The notes under the pieces were generated by a model. It was not told the DNA's origin. It saw only the letters and a program-made list of their open reading frames with translations, and made no database searches. A stretch of DNA of 64,000 nt from assembly GCA_002269645.1 (NCBI GenBank), contig NIVC01001106.1, forward strand, positions 1 through 64,000, written 5' to 3'. The first letter of the stretch is position 1. Each line of letters opens with the position of its first letter. Positions 26,103 through 37,847 of the stretch are shown in pieces. The translations under genes and the position numbers were made by a program. The DNA comes from Macrostomum lignano. Taxonomy: Eukaryota.

Positions 26103-26374
26103 GGCCTCCAGTCTAAAGATTTATATCCAGAGGTCCTTGCACCGGGTACCCCTCTAACCCACTCGGCCTGAAGTGCGCGAGGTCGCGCAGACACGCATAA
26201 TAAGAAAGCGAGTGAGCTCAATGGAATGAGAGGAATGGAGAGAGCCAGACAAAGAGAGGAGGAGTTTATGCAACTCGGTGCAGCAAGCTCGCCAGCGTTC
26301 TCAACAATTGCAGGAGCAGAAAAAAGGCGGACAGCAGCTGCGAGCAGACGATCAGCGAGCAGTGCGACACGAGG

Positions 26375-27334
26375 ATGTCCGGCCATGGCGGGCGGCTGCT
26401 GCTGCGGATCGGCCTGGCAGCCCTGCTGGCCGCCGCGGCACTCCTGACCGTCGCTGTCCTCCTCCGCGGTCACCGGACGCCGCCGCCGTCGCTCCCACCG
26501 CCGCCGCAGCAGCAGCTGCCACACTGCATCATCATCGGCGCCAGGAAGTGCGGCACCCGCGCCCTCCTGGATTTTCTAGACGCTCATCCGAACGTGGCCG
26601 CGGCCAGAAGCGAAATTCACTACTTCGACAAGACGGACAGGCTGCGGCGGGGCCTCAGCTGGTACCGCGGCCAGATGCCCCACAGCCGGCCCGGCCAGTT
26701 CACGATCGAGAAGACGCCCGCCTATTTTGTTACCGAGGCGGCGCCGCGGCTGGCGCGCCGTCAGCTTGGCGCCAATCTGCGCCTGCTACTGATTTTGCGC
26801 GACCCCGTGACCCGGGTGGTCAGCGACTACGCCCAGCACCTGCACCGTCGGGCCAAAGCGGGACGGCCGGCCCGTCCATTGGAACGGCTTGTGCTGTCCG
26901 GCTCCGGCCGGGTGAACCCGCGCTCCCGGATGATTCAAACCTCCGTCTATCATCGGCATCTGCGCCGCTGGCTGCGCCACTTTCCCGCCGACCGGCTGCA
27001 CATTGTCGACGGCGACCGGTTGATCGGCGAGCCGCACGAAGAGCTCCGCCTGGTTGAGCAGTTCCTCAGCCTGCCCAGCTTCCTCAATCGGCCGGAGCAG
27101 TTTGTGTTCAACTCTACCAAGGGATTCTACTGCGTTCGGGGCCGGCGGCAGCGGCAGCGCTGTCTGGGCAGCGAGAAGGGCCGCCAGCATCCGCCGGTGT
27201 CGCCGGTGACTCTGGCCAAGCTGCGCGCCTACTTTGAACCGCACAACCTCCGACTGGCGGAGCTGACGGGCCGGCGCTTTGCCTGGATGGGGCGGCCGGA
27301 GCAGCTGGGCGCGGGTTCGAATCCCGTCCTGTGA
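26375..27334 (+). CDS. hs3st: Heparan sulfate glucosamine 3-O-sulfotransferase (HS3ST family), single coding exon, 319 aa
   Basis: N-terminal signal anchor; LPHCIIIGARKCGTRALL (5'-PSB loop), EIHYFD, IEKTPAYF, LILRDPVTRVVSDY (3'-PB), FNSTKGFYC, CLGSEKGRQHP. Confidence 0.93.
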   Translation: MSGHGGRLLLRIGLAALLAAAALLTVAVLLRGHRTPPPSLPPPPQQQLPHCIIIGARKCGTRALLDFLDAHPNVAAARSEIHYFDKTDRLRRGLSWYRGQMPHSRPGQFTIEKTPAYFVTEAAPRLARRQLGANLRLLLILRDPVTRVVSDYAQHLHRRAKAGRPARPLERLVLSGSGRVNPRSRMIQTSVYHRHLRRWLRHFPADRLHIVDGDRLIGEPHEELRLVEQFLSLPSFLNRPEQFVFNSTKGFYCVRGRRQRQRCLGSEKGRQHPPVSPVTLAKLRAYFEPHNLRLAELTGRRFAWMGRPEQLGAGSNPVL

Positions 27335-27391
27335 TGAATGGCAGCGAATTTAACCAGATTCAAGCGAGTCCTGACCCCGATCCCCTGCTCC

Positions 27392-27750
27392 TCCTCTCTC
27401 TCACCTGACCGTGCTGAGTCCTGTTTCCCTCTCTCTCACCTGACCGTGCTGAGTCCTGTTCCCCTCTCTCTCACCTGACCGTGCTGAGTCCCTGTTCCCC
27501 TCTCTCTCACCTGACCGTGCTGAGTCCTGTTCCCCTCTCTCTCACCTGACCGTGCTGAGTCCTGTTCCCCTCTCTCTCACCTGACCGTGCTGAGTCCTGT
27601 TCCCCCCTCTCTCACCTGACCGTGCTGAGTCCCTGTTCCCCTCTCTCTCACCTGACCGTGCTGAGTCCTGTTCCCCTCTCTCTCACCTGACCGTGCTGAG
27701 TCCCTGTTCCTCTCTCTCTCTCTCTCTCACCTGACTGTGCTGAGTCCCTG

Positions 27751-27821
<71 letters not shown>

Positions 27822-27901
27822 TGACTGTGCTGAGTCTCTGTTCCTCTCTCTCTCTCTCTCACCTGACCGTGCTGAGTCCCTGTTCCTCTCTCTCTCACCT
27901 T
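27392..27901. repeat. 35-36-bp minisatellite (CTCTCTCACCTGACCGTGCTGAGTCCTGTTCCCCT) with an expanded internal (CT)n
   Basis: Read directly. Confidence 0.92.
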
Positions 27902-28730
27902 GACCGTCTGACAATGTTTTAAAATGGCAAAGATTGTTATAAGCCTTCACCCTCCGTTAGTTGCCTACAAGGTTTAAACTAAATTCATTCCCCTGTGACA
28001 ATAACCCTCACACATGACTTTCTATCCCTCCACTTTGTGAATTTTGTTATCATAAGATTTTTTCAGCAGAGTTTTTAATCAATTCTCTGCCAGAATATTT
28101 AGCCTCGGCATTTGCTTGCTAAAAGCAAAGTTGACCAACTTTTACCAACTTTGTCTGCCTGTTATTTTTTCATTGAGAAAGTGGCTTGCACACACACACA
28201 CACACTGTGTTTGCACATAACTATATACAAAGCAAGCTCGTGAAAAAGCACTGCACTCACATGTGCTCAAATTCTTGTTCGTTAACTTGTGCTTTTTTAT
28301 TTCTTGACTCAATCGGAGCTGCGCAGTGACTAATTAGGGATGAGCAATCATTAGCTGGAGAAAATGTGCCACAGCACGCAATCAAGGTCAAGGAAAGTAC
28401 ACTAACACAACACATAATCATAGCTCGTAATCAGGTCGTAAAGTTAGTAGTAGCTTTGTAATAAATTTTTAATACAGCAAAAATGTGCAGCTCGTGTTTC
28501 GATTTATTAATTAGAAATTAAGAAAAAAATCTATAGTATTACTGTTTTCAGTAGTATCAATAGCAAAAATGATGATTTTCTATGTATAGTCAGTTATTCA
28601 GCAAGCAGTTAAGCAGACCCGCTGATCCTTGCATGTACACTCTCTGTGCCTTAGGGGGGGGGGTCGGCCATCGGGGCGTGAATTGCAGAGCAAGGTAAAT
28701 TTCCATGGCAAATCAAGCTTCAAATTACTA

Positions 28731-28804
28731 TGACCGCATTCGGATTCGAACTCGGGTCCTATAACTTGATATTAAGATGCGTTAACCTCTGACGGGGCTA
28801 CCCT
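28731..28804 (-). pseudogene. tRNA-derived relic (tRNA pseudogene or SINE head)
   Basis: Minus strand has an A-box-like TAGCCCCGTCAGAGG and a B box GAGTTCGAATCC at tRNA-like spacing; the acceptor stem does not pair. Confidence 0.55.
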
Positions 28805-28937
28805 CATGTCCTCCGCACACAATATCTGAGCGTTAAAAAAAGCATATTTACTGCAGCCAATCAGATTTCACGGGAGTGAGGTGGGGCGTCAAAGTTTCTA
28901 TTTTTAGCAACAGCAGTAAATAAAATCGACAGAATCG

Positions 28938-29081
28938 CTAGGCCAGAAACTGGGCCCTATTGAGACCCTCAACGATCAGCGGCACAATCGATTGCAGAAA
29001 TTTTAGCCAGATGGGGCGGTTAGCGGCGTACTGACTGCCCAGTCTGTCCTGGAACACCGCGTCAAGGACGTTGTTGAGAGC
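28938..29081 (-). CDS. Globin exon 3 (ALNNVLDAVFQDRLGSQYAANRPIWLKFLQSIVPLIVEGLNRAQFLA*)
   Basis: Acceptor TTGATTCAG|GCT at 29081; phase 0 matches the exon 2 donor; H-helix Trp present; TAG at 28940-28938. Confidence 0.85.
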   Translation of the reverse strand, partial: ALNNVLDAVFQDRLGSQYAANRPIWLKFLQSIVPLIVEGLNRAQFLA

Positions 29082-29644
29082 CTGAATCAATGAATTGACG
29101 TTGGGGGTGTTTCCTGATACTTAAATATGTATATATTGTTAACTTATTTTATATCAGACATTTAAGAAAACTAGAATTCCTAGAAACCAATAAAAGATAC
29201 CCGAAGCCAATTCTAATATCCTGAAGACAAATAGTATTCTAATTCTAAGAAAGCTATAAAATTCACTGGAAACTAAAAAGCCTTCCAGGAAACTCCGTGA
29301 AATTCTAAGAAACCCAGGTAAATAAAAACAATTAATTCTAGGAAAAAACAGTAGAATTTTAGCAAAAACTAGCTTCCAAAAAACCATGTGAAATTCCAAG
29401 AAACGCAATTAAAAACTCGGGAACCGTGTCAGATTCCAAGAAACTTAATCAAATCTTATAATTCTAAGAAACAGATATGAAATTCCAGGAAACCTAATAC
29501 GAAATTCAATCTGCGCGTTTTGCTGCGTCAATAGATTCCTGGAAACCTTGCAGAATTCTTAGAAACAATGCAAAACTGTTGTTCAATCAAATAAAATTCT
29601 AGGAAACTGCAGGTACATTGTGCACACAGAAGTCCCCGCCGCAC

Positions 29645-29876
29645 CAGGAAGTGATCAACGTTAACTCCTCGATTGAGGTGCGACTCGCCGATGAGCCGCA
29701 AGGTCTCCGCTGAGGCCTCCGGATGGGAGCTGCCCAACGAAGCGATCACCGAGTCCATCGAGTTCACCACGCGGAGGCCGTGGGCGCGCAGGGCGGGCAG
29801 CCCGGCCAGCTCAGACAGGGGCCGGTCGCGGAAGTTCGAAAACTTCACCTGCACCTCCGGGTACAGCTGGAACAGC
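29645..29876 (-). CDS. Globin exon 2 (LFQLYPEVQVKF...LRAHGLRVV...IGESHLNRGVNVDHFL)
   Basis: C2 Pro, CD1 Phe, distal E7 His and proximal F8 His; acceptor CCCTCAG|G and donor CTG|GTGCGG; 232 bp. Confidence 0.92.
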
Positions 29877-29934
29877 CTGAGGGATGCGGGCGGCCGCTGA
29901 TAAAGCAGATGCGCTTGATGACACTTAAATTGTC

Positions 29935-32710
29935 GCCCCTGACACACTTGAGTTGTTTCCACTGACACACTTGACTTGTTTCCACTGACACACTTGACTT
30001 GTTTCCACTGACACACTTGACTTGTTTCCACTGACGCACTTGACTTGTTTCCCCTGACACACTTGACTTGTTTCCCCTGACACACTTGACTTGTTTCCAC
30101 TGACACACTTGACTTGTTTCCCCTGACACACTTGACTTGTTTCCACTGACACACTTGACTTGTTTCCCCTGACACACTTGACTTGTTTCCCCTGACACAC
30201 TTGACTTGTTTCCCCTGACACACTTGACTTGTTTCCCCTGACACACTTGACTTGTTTCCCCTGACACACTTGACTTGTTTCCCCTGACACACTTGACTTG
30301 TTTCCACTGACACACTTGACTTGTTTCCCCTGACACACTTGGCTTGTTTCCACTGACACACTTGACTTGTTTCCACTGACACACTTGACTTGTTTCCACT
30401 GACACACTTGACTTGTTTCCACTGACACACTTGACTTGTTTCCACTGACACACTTGACTTGTTTCCACTGACACACTTGACTTGTTTCCCCTGACACACT
30501 TGACTTGTTTCCACTGACACACTTGACTTGTTTCCCCTGACACACTTGACTTGTCGCTCCTGACACACTTGACTTGTTTCCCCTGACACACTTGACTTGT
30601 TTCCCCTGACACACTTGACTTGTTTCCCCTGACACACTTGACTTGTTTCCACTGACACACTTGACTTGTTTCCCCTGACACACTTGACTTGTCGCTCCTG
30701 ACACACTTGACTTGTTTCCACTGACACACTTGACTTGTTTCCCCTGACACACTTGACTTGTTTCCACTGACACACTTGACTTGTTTCCCCTGACACACTT
30801 GACTTGTTTCCCCTGACACACTTGACTTGTTTCCACTGACACACTTGACTTGTTTCCCCTGACACACTTGACTTGTTTCCCCTGACACACTTGACTTGTT
30901 TCCACTGACACACTTGACTTGTTTCCACTGACACACTTGACTTGTTTCCCCTGACACACTTGACTTGTTTCCACTGACACACTTGACTTGTTTCCACTGA
31001 CACACTTGACTTGTTTCCCCTGACACACTTGACTTGTTTCCCCTGACACACTTGACTTGTTTCTCCTGACACACTTGACTTGTTTCCCCTGACACACTTG
31101 ACTTGTTTCCACTGACACACTTGACTTGTTTCCCCTGACACACTTGGCTTGTTTCCACTGACACACTTGACTTGTTTCCACTGACACACTTGACTTGTTT
31201 CCACTGACACACTTGACTTGTTTCCACTGACACACTTGACTTGTTTCCACTGACACACTTGACTTGTTTCCACTGACACACTTGACTTGTTTCCCCTGAC
31301 ACACTTGACTTGTTTCCACTGACACACTTGACTTGTTTCCCCTGACACACTTGACTTGTCGCTCCTGACACACTTGACTTGTTTCCCCTGACACACTTGA
31401 CTTGTTTCCCCTGACACACTTGACTTGTTTCCCCTGACACACTTGACTTGTTTCCCCTGACACACTTGACTTGTTTCCACTGACACACTTGACTTGTCGC
31501 TCCTGACACACTTGACTTGTTTCCACTGACACACTTGACTTGTTTCCCCTGACACACTTGACTTGTTTCCACTGACACACTTGACTTGTTTCCCCTGACA
31601 CACTTGACTTGTTTCCCCTGACACACTTGACTTGTTTCCCCTGACACACTTGACTTGTTTCCCCTGACACACTTGACTTGTTTCCCCTGACACACTTGAC
31701 TTGTTTCCACTGACACACTTGACTTGTTTCCACTGACACACTTGACTTGTTTCCCCTGACACACTTGACTTGTTTCCCCTGACACACTTGACTTGTTTCC
31801 ACTGACACACTTGACTTGTCGCTCCTGACACACTTGACTTGTTTCCCCTGACACACTTGACTTGTTTCCCCTGACACACTTGACTTGTCGCTCCTGACAC
31901 ACTTGACTTGTTTCCCCTGACACACTTGACTTGTTTCCACTGACACACTTGACTTGTTTCCACTGACACACTTGACTTGTTTCCACTGACACACTTGACT
32001 TGTTTCCCCTGACACACTTGACTTGTCGCTCCTGACACACTTGACTTGTTTCCCCTGACACACTTGACTTGTTTCCCCTGACACACTTGACTTGTTTCCC
32101 CTGACACACTTGACTTGTTTCCCCTGACACACTTGACTTGTTTCCCCTGACACACTTGACTTGTCGCTCCTGACACACTTGACTTGTTTCCACTGACACA
32201 CTTGACTTGTTTCCCCTGACACACTTGACTTGTTTCCACTGACACACTTGACTTGTTTCCCCTGACACACTTGACTTGTTTCCCCTGACACACTTGACTT
32301 GTCGCTCCTGACACACTTGACTTGTTTCCCCTGACACACTTGACTTGTTTCCCCTGACACACTTGACTTGTTTCCACTGACACACTTGACTTGTTTCCAC
32401 TGACACACTTGACTTGTTTCCCCTGACACACTTGACTTGTTTCCCCTGACACACTTGACTTGTTTCCACTGACACACTTGACTTGTCGCTCCTGACACAC
32501 TTGACTTGTTTCCCCTGACACACTTGACTTGTTTCCCCTGACACACTTGACTTGTTTCCCCTGACACACTTGACTTGTCGCTCCTGACACACTTGACTTG
32601 TTTCCCCTGACACACTTGACTTGTTTCCCCTGACACACTTGACTTGTCGCTCCTGACACACTTGACTTGTTTCCCCTGACACACTTGACTTGTTTCCCCT
32701 GACACACTTG
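29935..32710. repeat. 22-bp minisatellite CTGACACACTTGACTTGTTTCC(C/A), filling globin intron 1
   Basis: ~125 copies; stop-free on the minus strand, giving three spurious 926-1066-aa ORFs. Confidence 0.97.
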
Positions 32711-32878
32711 AGTTGGTGCCCCTGGCACTTGAATTTGTGCCTTAACTTAGCTCGAAAAGTGGCAGCCCTGATAGTCACACGATGATTGAGACCTACTGAC
32801 ACACCAAAACTGAGACAATTCCTGAAGAATTCATGTAGCATCCAGCAGCTAGCGAGTACAATCTCACTCGCTACTCAC

Positions 32879-32982
32879 TTGAGAAACACGGCCACACCCA
32901 GAGCGGTTTTGTCCCTGGTAGCTGCCAACCAGTCGGCCTTGATGACTCGCTGCTCCTGCTCTGTCAGACTGATTTTCTCCAT
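32879..32982 (-). CDS. Globin exon 1 (MEKISLTEQEQRVIKADWLAATRDKTALGVAVFLK)
   Basis: A-helix pattern SLTxxExxxIxxxW; donor AA|GTGAGT in phase 2 (canonical B12.2); joins exon 2 in frame to give a 159-aa globin. Confidence 0.88.
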
Positions 32983-33427
32983 TACGGAAAATGCTAGCTA
33001 TGCTCGTAGATATTTGATATTGCAACGGAAAAGAAAGTAGACAAAGTCTATTATTTGAAAATTTGTTTATATAGAACAGCGGACTGAGCTGGGCCGGAAG
33101 GCATCAAGCATGACAGCACTGACTGCTGATGGAGCTTTGATGGCTTCCTGGTTTGATGAAAGGGAAACTCGCTAATGCAGACGGTGCCCCGGCTGTAATT
33201 ACAGGTAACCCTGGCATGAGAAGCCTGTTTTTCATTCAGGCAGGCACATTAGACTTAGAGAGACATCCTGAAAGAGATGCGGCACGAACGGAAACTGCGG
33301 ACGCTAAGGCAGGCTAAGCTAAGATGTCATGCATGAGCGGCGACGATCTGTTCAGCTTTCGTTCCTGGCATGACTTCTGCTTTTCACAGCGGCTGTGCTT
33401 TGCCTTTTTATAAAATAGAAGTTGAAA

Positions 33428-34022
33428 GCTCCCGCTCACTCACCACTGCCTTCACGCCGCCCCCGATCCCTTCACACTGCTCCCGCTCACTCACCACTGC
33501 CTTCACGCCGCCCCCGATCCCTTCACACTGCTCCCGCTCACTCACCACTGCCTTCACGCCGCCCCCGATCCCTTCACACTGCTCCCGCTCACTCACCACT
33601 GCCTTCACGCCGCCCCGATCCCTTCACACTGCTCCCGCTCACTTCACACTGCCTCCGCTCTCTTCACACTGCTCCCGCTCTCTTCACACTGCCTTCACGC
33701 CGCCCCCGCTCTCTTCACACTGCTCCCGCTCCTTTCACACTGCTCCCGCTCACTTCACACCCCTTTCACACCGCCCCCGCTCCCTTCACACTGCTTCTGC
33801 TCACTTCACACTGCCCCCGTTCTCTTCACACTGCTCCCGCTCCCTTCACACTGCCCCCGCTCCCTTCACACTGCCCCCGCTCCCTTCACACTGCCCCCGC
33901 TCTCTTCACACTGCTCCCGCTCTCTTCACACCCCTTTCACACCGCCCCCGCTCCCTTCACACTGCTCCTGCTCACTCACCACTGCCTTCACGAAGCCCCC
34001 GCTCCCTTCACACTGCTCCCAC
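33428..34022. repeat. 51-bp repeat (3 copies) decaying into ~20-bp CCCGCTCCCTTCACACTG subunits
   Basis: CCCGCTCACT at 33431, 33482 and 33533. Confidence 0.85.
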
Positions 34023-34228
34023 TGAAGTCATTAAAAAGACACAACAAGCCCATGGCCATTTCAACAAAGGATGTTACATAGCTCCTAATAGTAACACAAA
34101 TTTTGATGGTAAAAAACCGATCACCATAACCGTAAAGCACTAAAAGAATTCCACACTATACTGATATTATTGTAATAAAGTTTTCAGTTTAATTAGCGAG
34201 TAAATTTGTTCTTCATCAGAGTAGTTTA

Positions 34229-34861
34229 TCACTCATCCGAAATCTGCATTTTTGAGGTGGCCCTGTCAACCATCATCAGCTTCTTGAGCTCGCCATCGCC
34301 TCTACCGTCTGCAGCTTCGTCATCGGCGACTTCGTTGACTCCGGCCGACTTGCCGAATACTTTCAACTGCCGGTGGAAGCACAGCTCGTAAACCAGCGAG
34401 CCCAGCGCGCAGCCCAGATAGGGCCCGACTAGCGGCGCCCAGAAGGCGCGCGGCCCGACGGCCGGCAGGAGCGGCAGGCCGTAGCCAGCGGCCAGGCTGG
34501 CGAACAGGCGAGGCGCAAAGTCCCTGGCCGGGTTGAGGGTGCAGCCGGACACGGGCAGGGTGCACTGCAGCAGGCAGGTGGCCGACAGGCCGACCAGCAG
34601 CGGCTGCAGACCGGTGGCCGGATTTGCGTTGGCGCCGTCGGTCACGGCGCGAACGGCCAGCATGAAGGCGGCGGAGGTGAACAGCTGATTGGCCAGAACA
34701 ATGGACAGACTGGCACTCGGGTGCGGCAGAGTGACAAACACTCCGGCGGTGCCGTTGGCGCCGAAAGCGACACGGCGGCCGCCGTCAATGGCGTCCAGCA
34801 TCGGGGCGTAGAATGTGTACACTGCGCCAGCGCCAGCGAACGCGCCAAGGTATTGGGCGGC
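34229..34861 (-). CDS. aqp: Aquaglyceroporin exon 2
   Basis: Acceptor TTTCGTCGATAG|GCC; AQYLGAF..G, TAGVFVTLP, second NPA box GCTLNPARDFAPRLF, FWAPLVGPYLG. Confidence 0.92.
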   Translation of the reverse strand, partial: AAQYLGAFAGAGAVYTFYAPMLDAIDGGRRVAFGANGTAGVFVTLPHPSASLSIVLANQLFTSAAFMLAVRAVTDGANANPATGLQPLLVGLSATCLLQCTLPVSGCTLNPARDFAPRLFASLAAGYGLPLLPAVGPRAFWAPLVGPYLGCALGSLVYELCFHRQLKVFGKSAGVNEVADDEAADGRGDGELKKLMMVDRATSKMQISDE

Positions 34862-34894
34862 CTATCGACGAAATATTAAAGTGCAGTACAACCG

Positions 34895-35975
34895 GCGACA
34901 GTAGAACAGGAAAGACATCCGGTAGAACAGGTGAGAAATTCAGTAAAACAGGTGAGACACTCAGTTGAACTGTTGAGACATTCAGTAGAACCGGTGAGAC
35001 ACTCAAGAGAACTGGTGAGACACTCAAGAGAACTGGTGAGACACCCCGTAGAACAGGTGAGACACTCAGTTGAACTGTTGAGACACTTAGTAGAACAGGT
35101 GAAACACTCAGTCGAACAGGTGAGACATTGAGTAGAACAGGTGAGACATTGAGTAGAACAGGTGAGACACTCAGTAGAACTGTTGAGACTCAGCGGAACA
35201 GGTGACACCCGGTAGAACAGGTGAGACACCCGGTAGAACAGGTAAGACACCCGGTAGAACAGGTGAGACACTCAGTAGAACAGGTTGGACATTGAGTAGA
35301 ACAGGTGAGACATTAAGTAGAACAGGTGAGACACTCAGTATAACAGGTGAGACATTGAGTAGAACAGGTGAGACGTTGAGTAGAACCGGTGAGACATTCA
35401 GTAGAACAGGTGAGACACTCAGCGGAACCGGTGAGACACTCAGTAGAACAGGTGAGACACTCAGCGGAACTGGTGAGACACTCAGTAGAACAGGTGAGAC
35501 ACTCAGGAAGACACTCAGTAGAACAGGTGAGACACTCAGTAGAACAGGTGAGACACTCAGTAGAACAGGTAAGACACTCAGTAGAACAGGTGAGACACTC
35601 AGTAGAACAGGTAAGACACTCATTAGAACAGGTGAGACACTCAGTAGAACAGGTAAGACACTCAGTAGAATAGGTGAGACACTCAGTAGAACAGGTGAGA
35701 CACTCAGTAGAACAGGTGAGACACTCAGGAAGACACTCAGTAGAACAGGTGAGACACTCAGTAGAACAGGTAAGACACTCAGTAGAACAGGTGAGACACT
35801 CAGTAGAACAGGTAAGACACTCATTAGAACAGGTGAGACACTCAGTAGAACAGGTAAGACACTCAGTAGAACAGGTAAGGCACTCAGCGGAACTGGTGAG
35901 ACACTCAGTAGAACAGGTGAGACACTCAGTAGAACAGGTAAGACACTCAGTAGAACAGGTGAGACACCCAGTAAA
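34895..35975. repeat. 21-bp minisatellite GAGACACTCAGTAGAACAGGT in the aquaporin intron
   Basis: Read directly. Confidence 0.93.
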
Positions 35976-36084
35976 ACCGGTAATCTAACGGTACTAAAGA
36001 CAGTCAGCACATTTTCAGTGCTAGCTCTAAACCAGAAGTTTCAAGGAATTCTACAGACTGACGCATTCCGCTGGTAGAACCCAC

Positions 36085-36408
36085 CTGATAGACCAGGAAG
36101 TCGAGCAGGGTCATCCGGCCCACGGCCAGCAAAGCCAGCGACACGGCCGGATTGACGTGGCCGCCAGACACGCCGAAGCTGGCGTACACAGCCAACGCCA
36201 GCGCCAGGCCGGACCCGATGGTGGCCATCAAGACGGAGGCGTCCTCTGCCCCGCCGCCTGAACTGCTGCTGGAGTGCCGCGAGACCAGGCAGTTGGCTGA
36301 GGCGGACAGGCACAGGGACACCAGCAAGAAGGTGGCGGCCAGTTCGGCCAAGGCTACCCGGCAAAGCCGGCTGCCAATTCGAAGGCGATCAAAAACTGGC
36401 ATGGCCAT
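36085..36408 (-). CDS. aqp: Aquaglyceroporin exon 1
   Basis: LAELAATFLL, first NPA box GVSGGHVNPAVSLA; donor CAG|GTGGGT in phase 0; spliced product 318 aa. Confidence 0.92.
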
Positions 36409-36837
36409 TTTTCTGCTTAGCCTTCAGCTAAAAGCGCCACTCTCCACTGTTTGCTTTTGCGTTCCGGCAAGCTTAAATAGCCGGCGGTAATTAGTTGGAT
36501 TGCTCAGTGATTTGCGCGCATGACTTGCTTGCGAGATTTTTTATGACCACTGACTGTTAGGCAAGCACAGGAAAAATGAGTTGTTTTGTTAATTTATGCA
36601 ACCAGTGTTCCCCCCCCCCCTGAGAGATTGCTCGACACCCGAGAGCATTTATTGCGATCCAGTTTGGAGAGAGAGAGACAAAGAGTACACGGCGCACGAT
36701 TTTTTTGTTTAAATGGTTCGGATTGCGTAATTCAGTTATTACTTTTTTACACGACCTCCCAACACCGGCGCAGACCGGTACTCGGTATATATTTATAAAT
36801 AATTACAATTAGAAAAAAAAGCTAATCAGAGTTCAAT

Positions 36838-37788
36838 TTAAGCTTTCTTCTGCTTGTCCTTGCGACAGTCCGGGCAGTACCATTTGCCTTTGGGCTCAGA
36901 GGTGAGCTTCACGCAGCGGAAATGGAACCACTCGATGGCGCAGCGGGCATTGTCGCAGGCGATCATCTCGCCGAATGAGACTTTGTTGCAGATGCAGTAG
37001 CGTCGGGACTCCTCATTAGTTGATCCGCCTTGCTGCTGCTGTTGCTGGCTCTTTGACGCCTTCTGCTGCGACTGCTGCTGCTGGCGCTTCTTCGGTGCGC
37101 TGGCTGGCGTCTGCTGCTGCTGCTGACGGACTCGCCGACGCTTCGACGATGTCGCCGCAGTTGCCGTTGCTGCCGCCGCGCCGCCACCGACTGAAGTCAG
37201 CAGATCCCGACTACTGCTACTGGCATTTGAAGATGCCGCTTCATCTTTGTCGGATGCTGCGGCAGCGGCGGCGGCGGCCGAGCGTCGTCTCTCACCGGCC
37301 GAGGCTCGCTTCTGATGATGCTGGCGCCGCTGCTGCTGCTGTGTCGACGAGGCCGGACTGGCAGCCCTCGCCGCGGCGGCCGCAGCTTCAATCCTAGCCA
37401 GCAGGTTTCTCTTGCCATCATCCAGCCGAGTGCGGCGGCCGTCGAGCAGCTCCTGGACGAGGCCGGCTAGGCGCATTTTCTCCTCGCCGAGCTCCTGTAG
37501 CCGCGCTACGGCGCGCTGCACTGAGACGCCGACAGCAGCTGACGACTCTGACGAATTCGACGAAGCTGCTAGACGTTCTAAATCGGCCACCGAGGCGTGG
37601 CAGCGAGCGTCGAGCTCTCGGTACTGGGATAGGCAGGCCTGCAGATCGCCTGGCAGCGATTCGCAACAGTCCAGCACGTCCTCCAGGTAGGTGACCAGCA
37701 GGTGCCACTCAGGTGAGCCCGTCTCGAGGCCCCCGATTGCTGCCGAGGTCAGGGCGGTCGCGCCGTCGCGGTCTGCCACAGTCGCCGA
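36838..37788 (-). CDS. ing: Inhibitor of growth (ING) family protein, main coding exon; no in-frame ATG before the N-terminal domain
   Basis: N-terminal [17 protein letters not shown]; C-terminal PHD finger [28 protein letters not shown]...[10 protein letters not shown]; acceptor TCTCCTGTCACTCCGCAG|TCG at 37788. Confidence 0.92.
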   Translation of the reverse strand, partial: SATVADRDGATALTSAAIGGLETGSPEWHLLVTYLEDVLDCCESLPGDLQACLSQYRELDARCHASVADLERLAASSNSSESSAAVGVSVQRAVARLQELGEEKMRLAGLVQELLDGRRTRLDDGKRNLLARIEAAAAAARAASPASSTQQQQRRQHHQKRASAGERRRSAAAAAAAASDKDEAASSNASSSSRDLLTSVGGGAAAATATAATSSKRRRVRQQQQQTPASAPKKRQQQQSQQKASKSQQQQQQGGSTNEESRRYCICNKVSFGEMIACDNARCAIEWFHFRCVKLTSEPKGKWYCPDCRKDKQKKA

Positions 37789-37847
37789 CTGCGGAGTGAC
37801 AGGAGATACACGAAATCCTGAACAGTCAGGTCAGGGAACTTTTGAGC

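Noticed and set aside
27309-27328. Perfect tRNA T-arm / B box (GCGGGTTCGAATCCCGT) in the last HS3ST codons
   Set aside because: No cloverleaf; the apparent A box lies in conserved coding sequence. Probably chance, though a tiny tRNA-derived fragment cannot be excluded.
29528-32841. Three ORFs of 926-1066 aa
   Set aside because: Translations of the stop-free 22-bp intronic array; only 29645-29876 is real coding sequence (globin exon 2).
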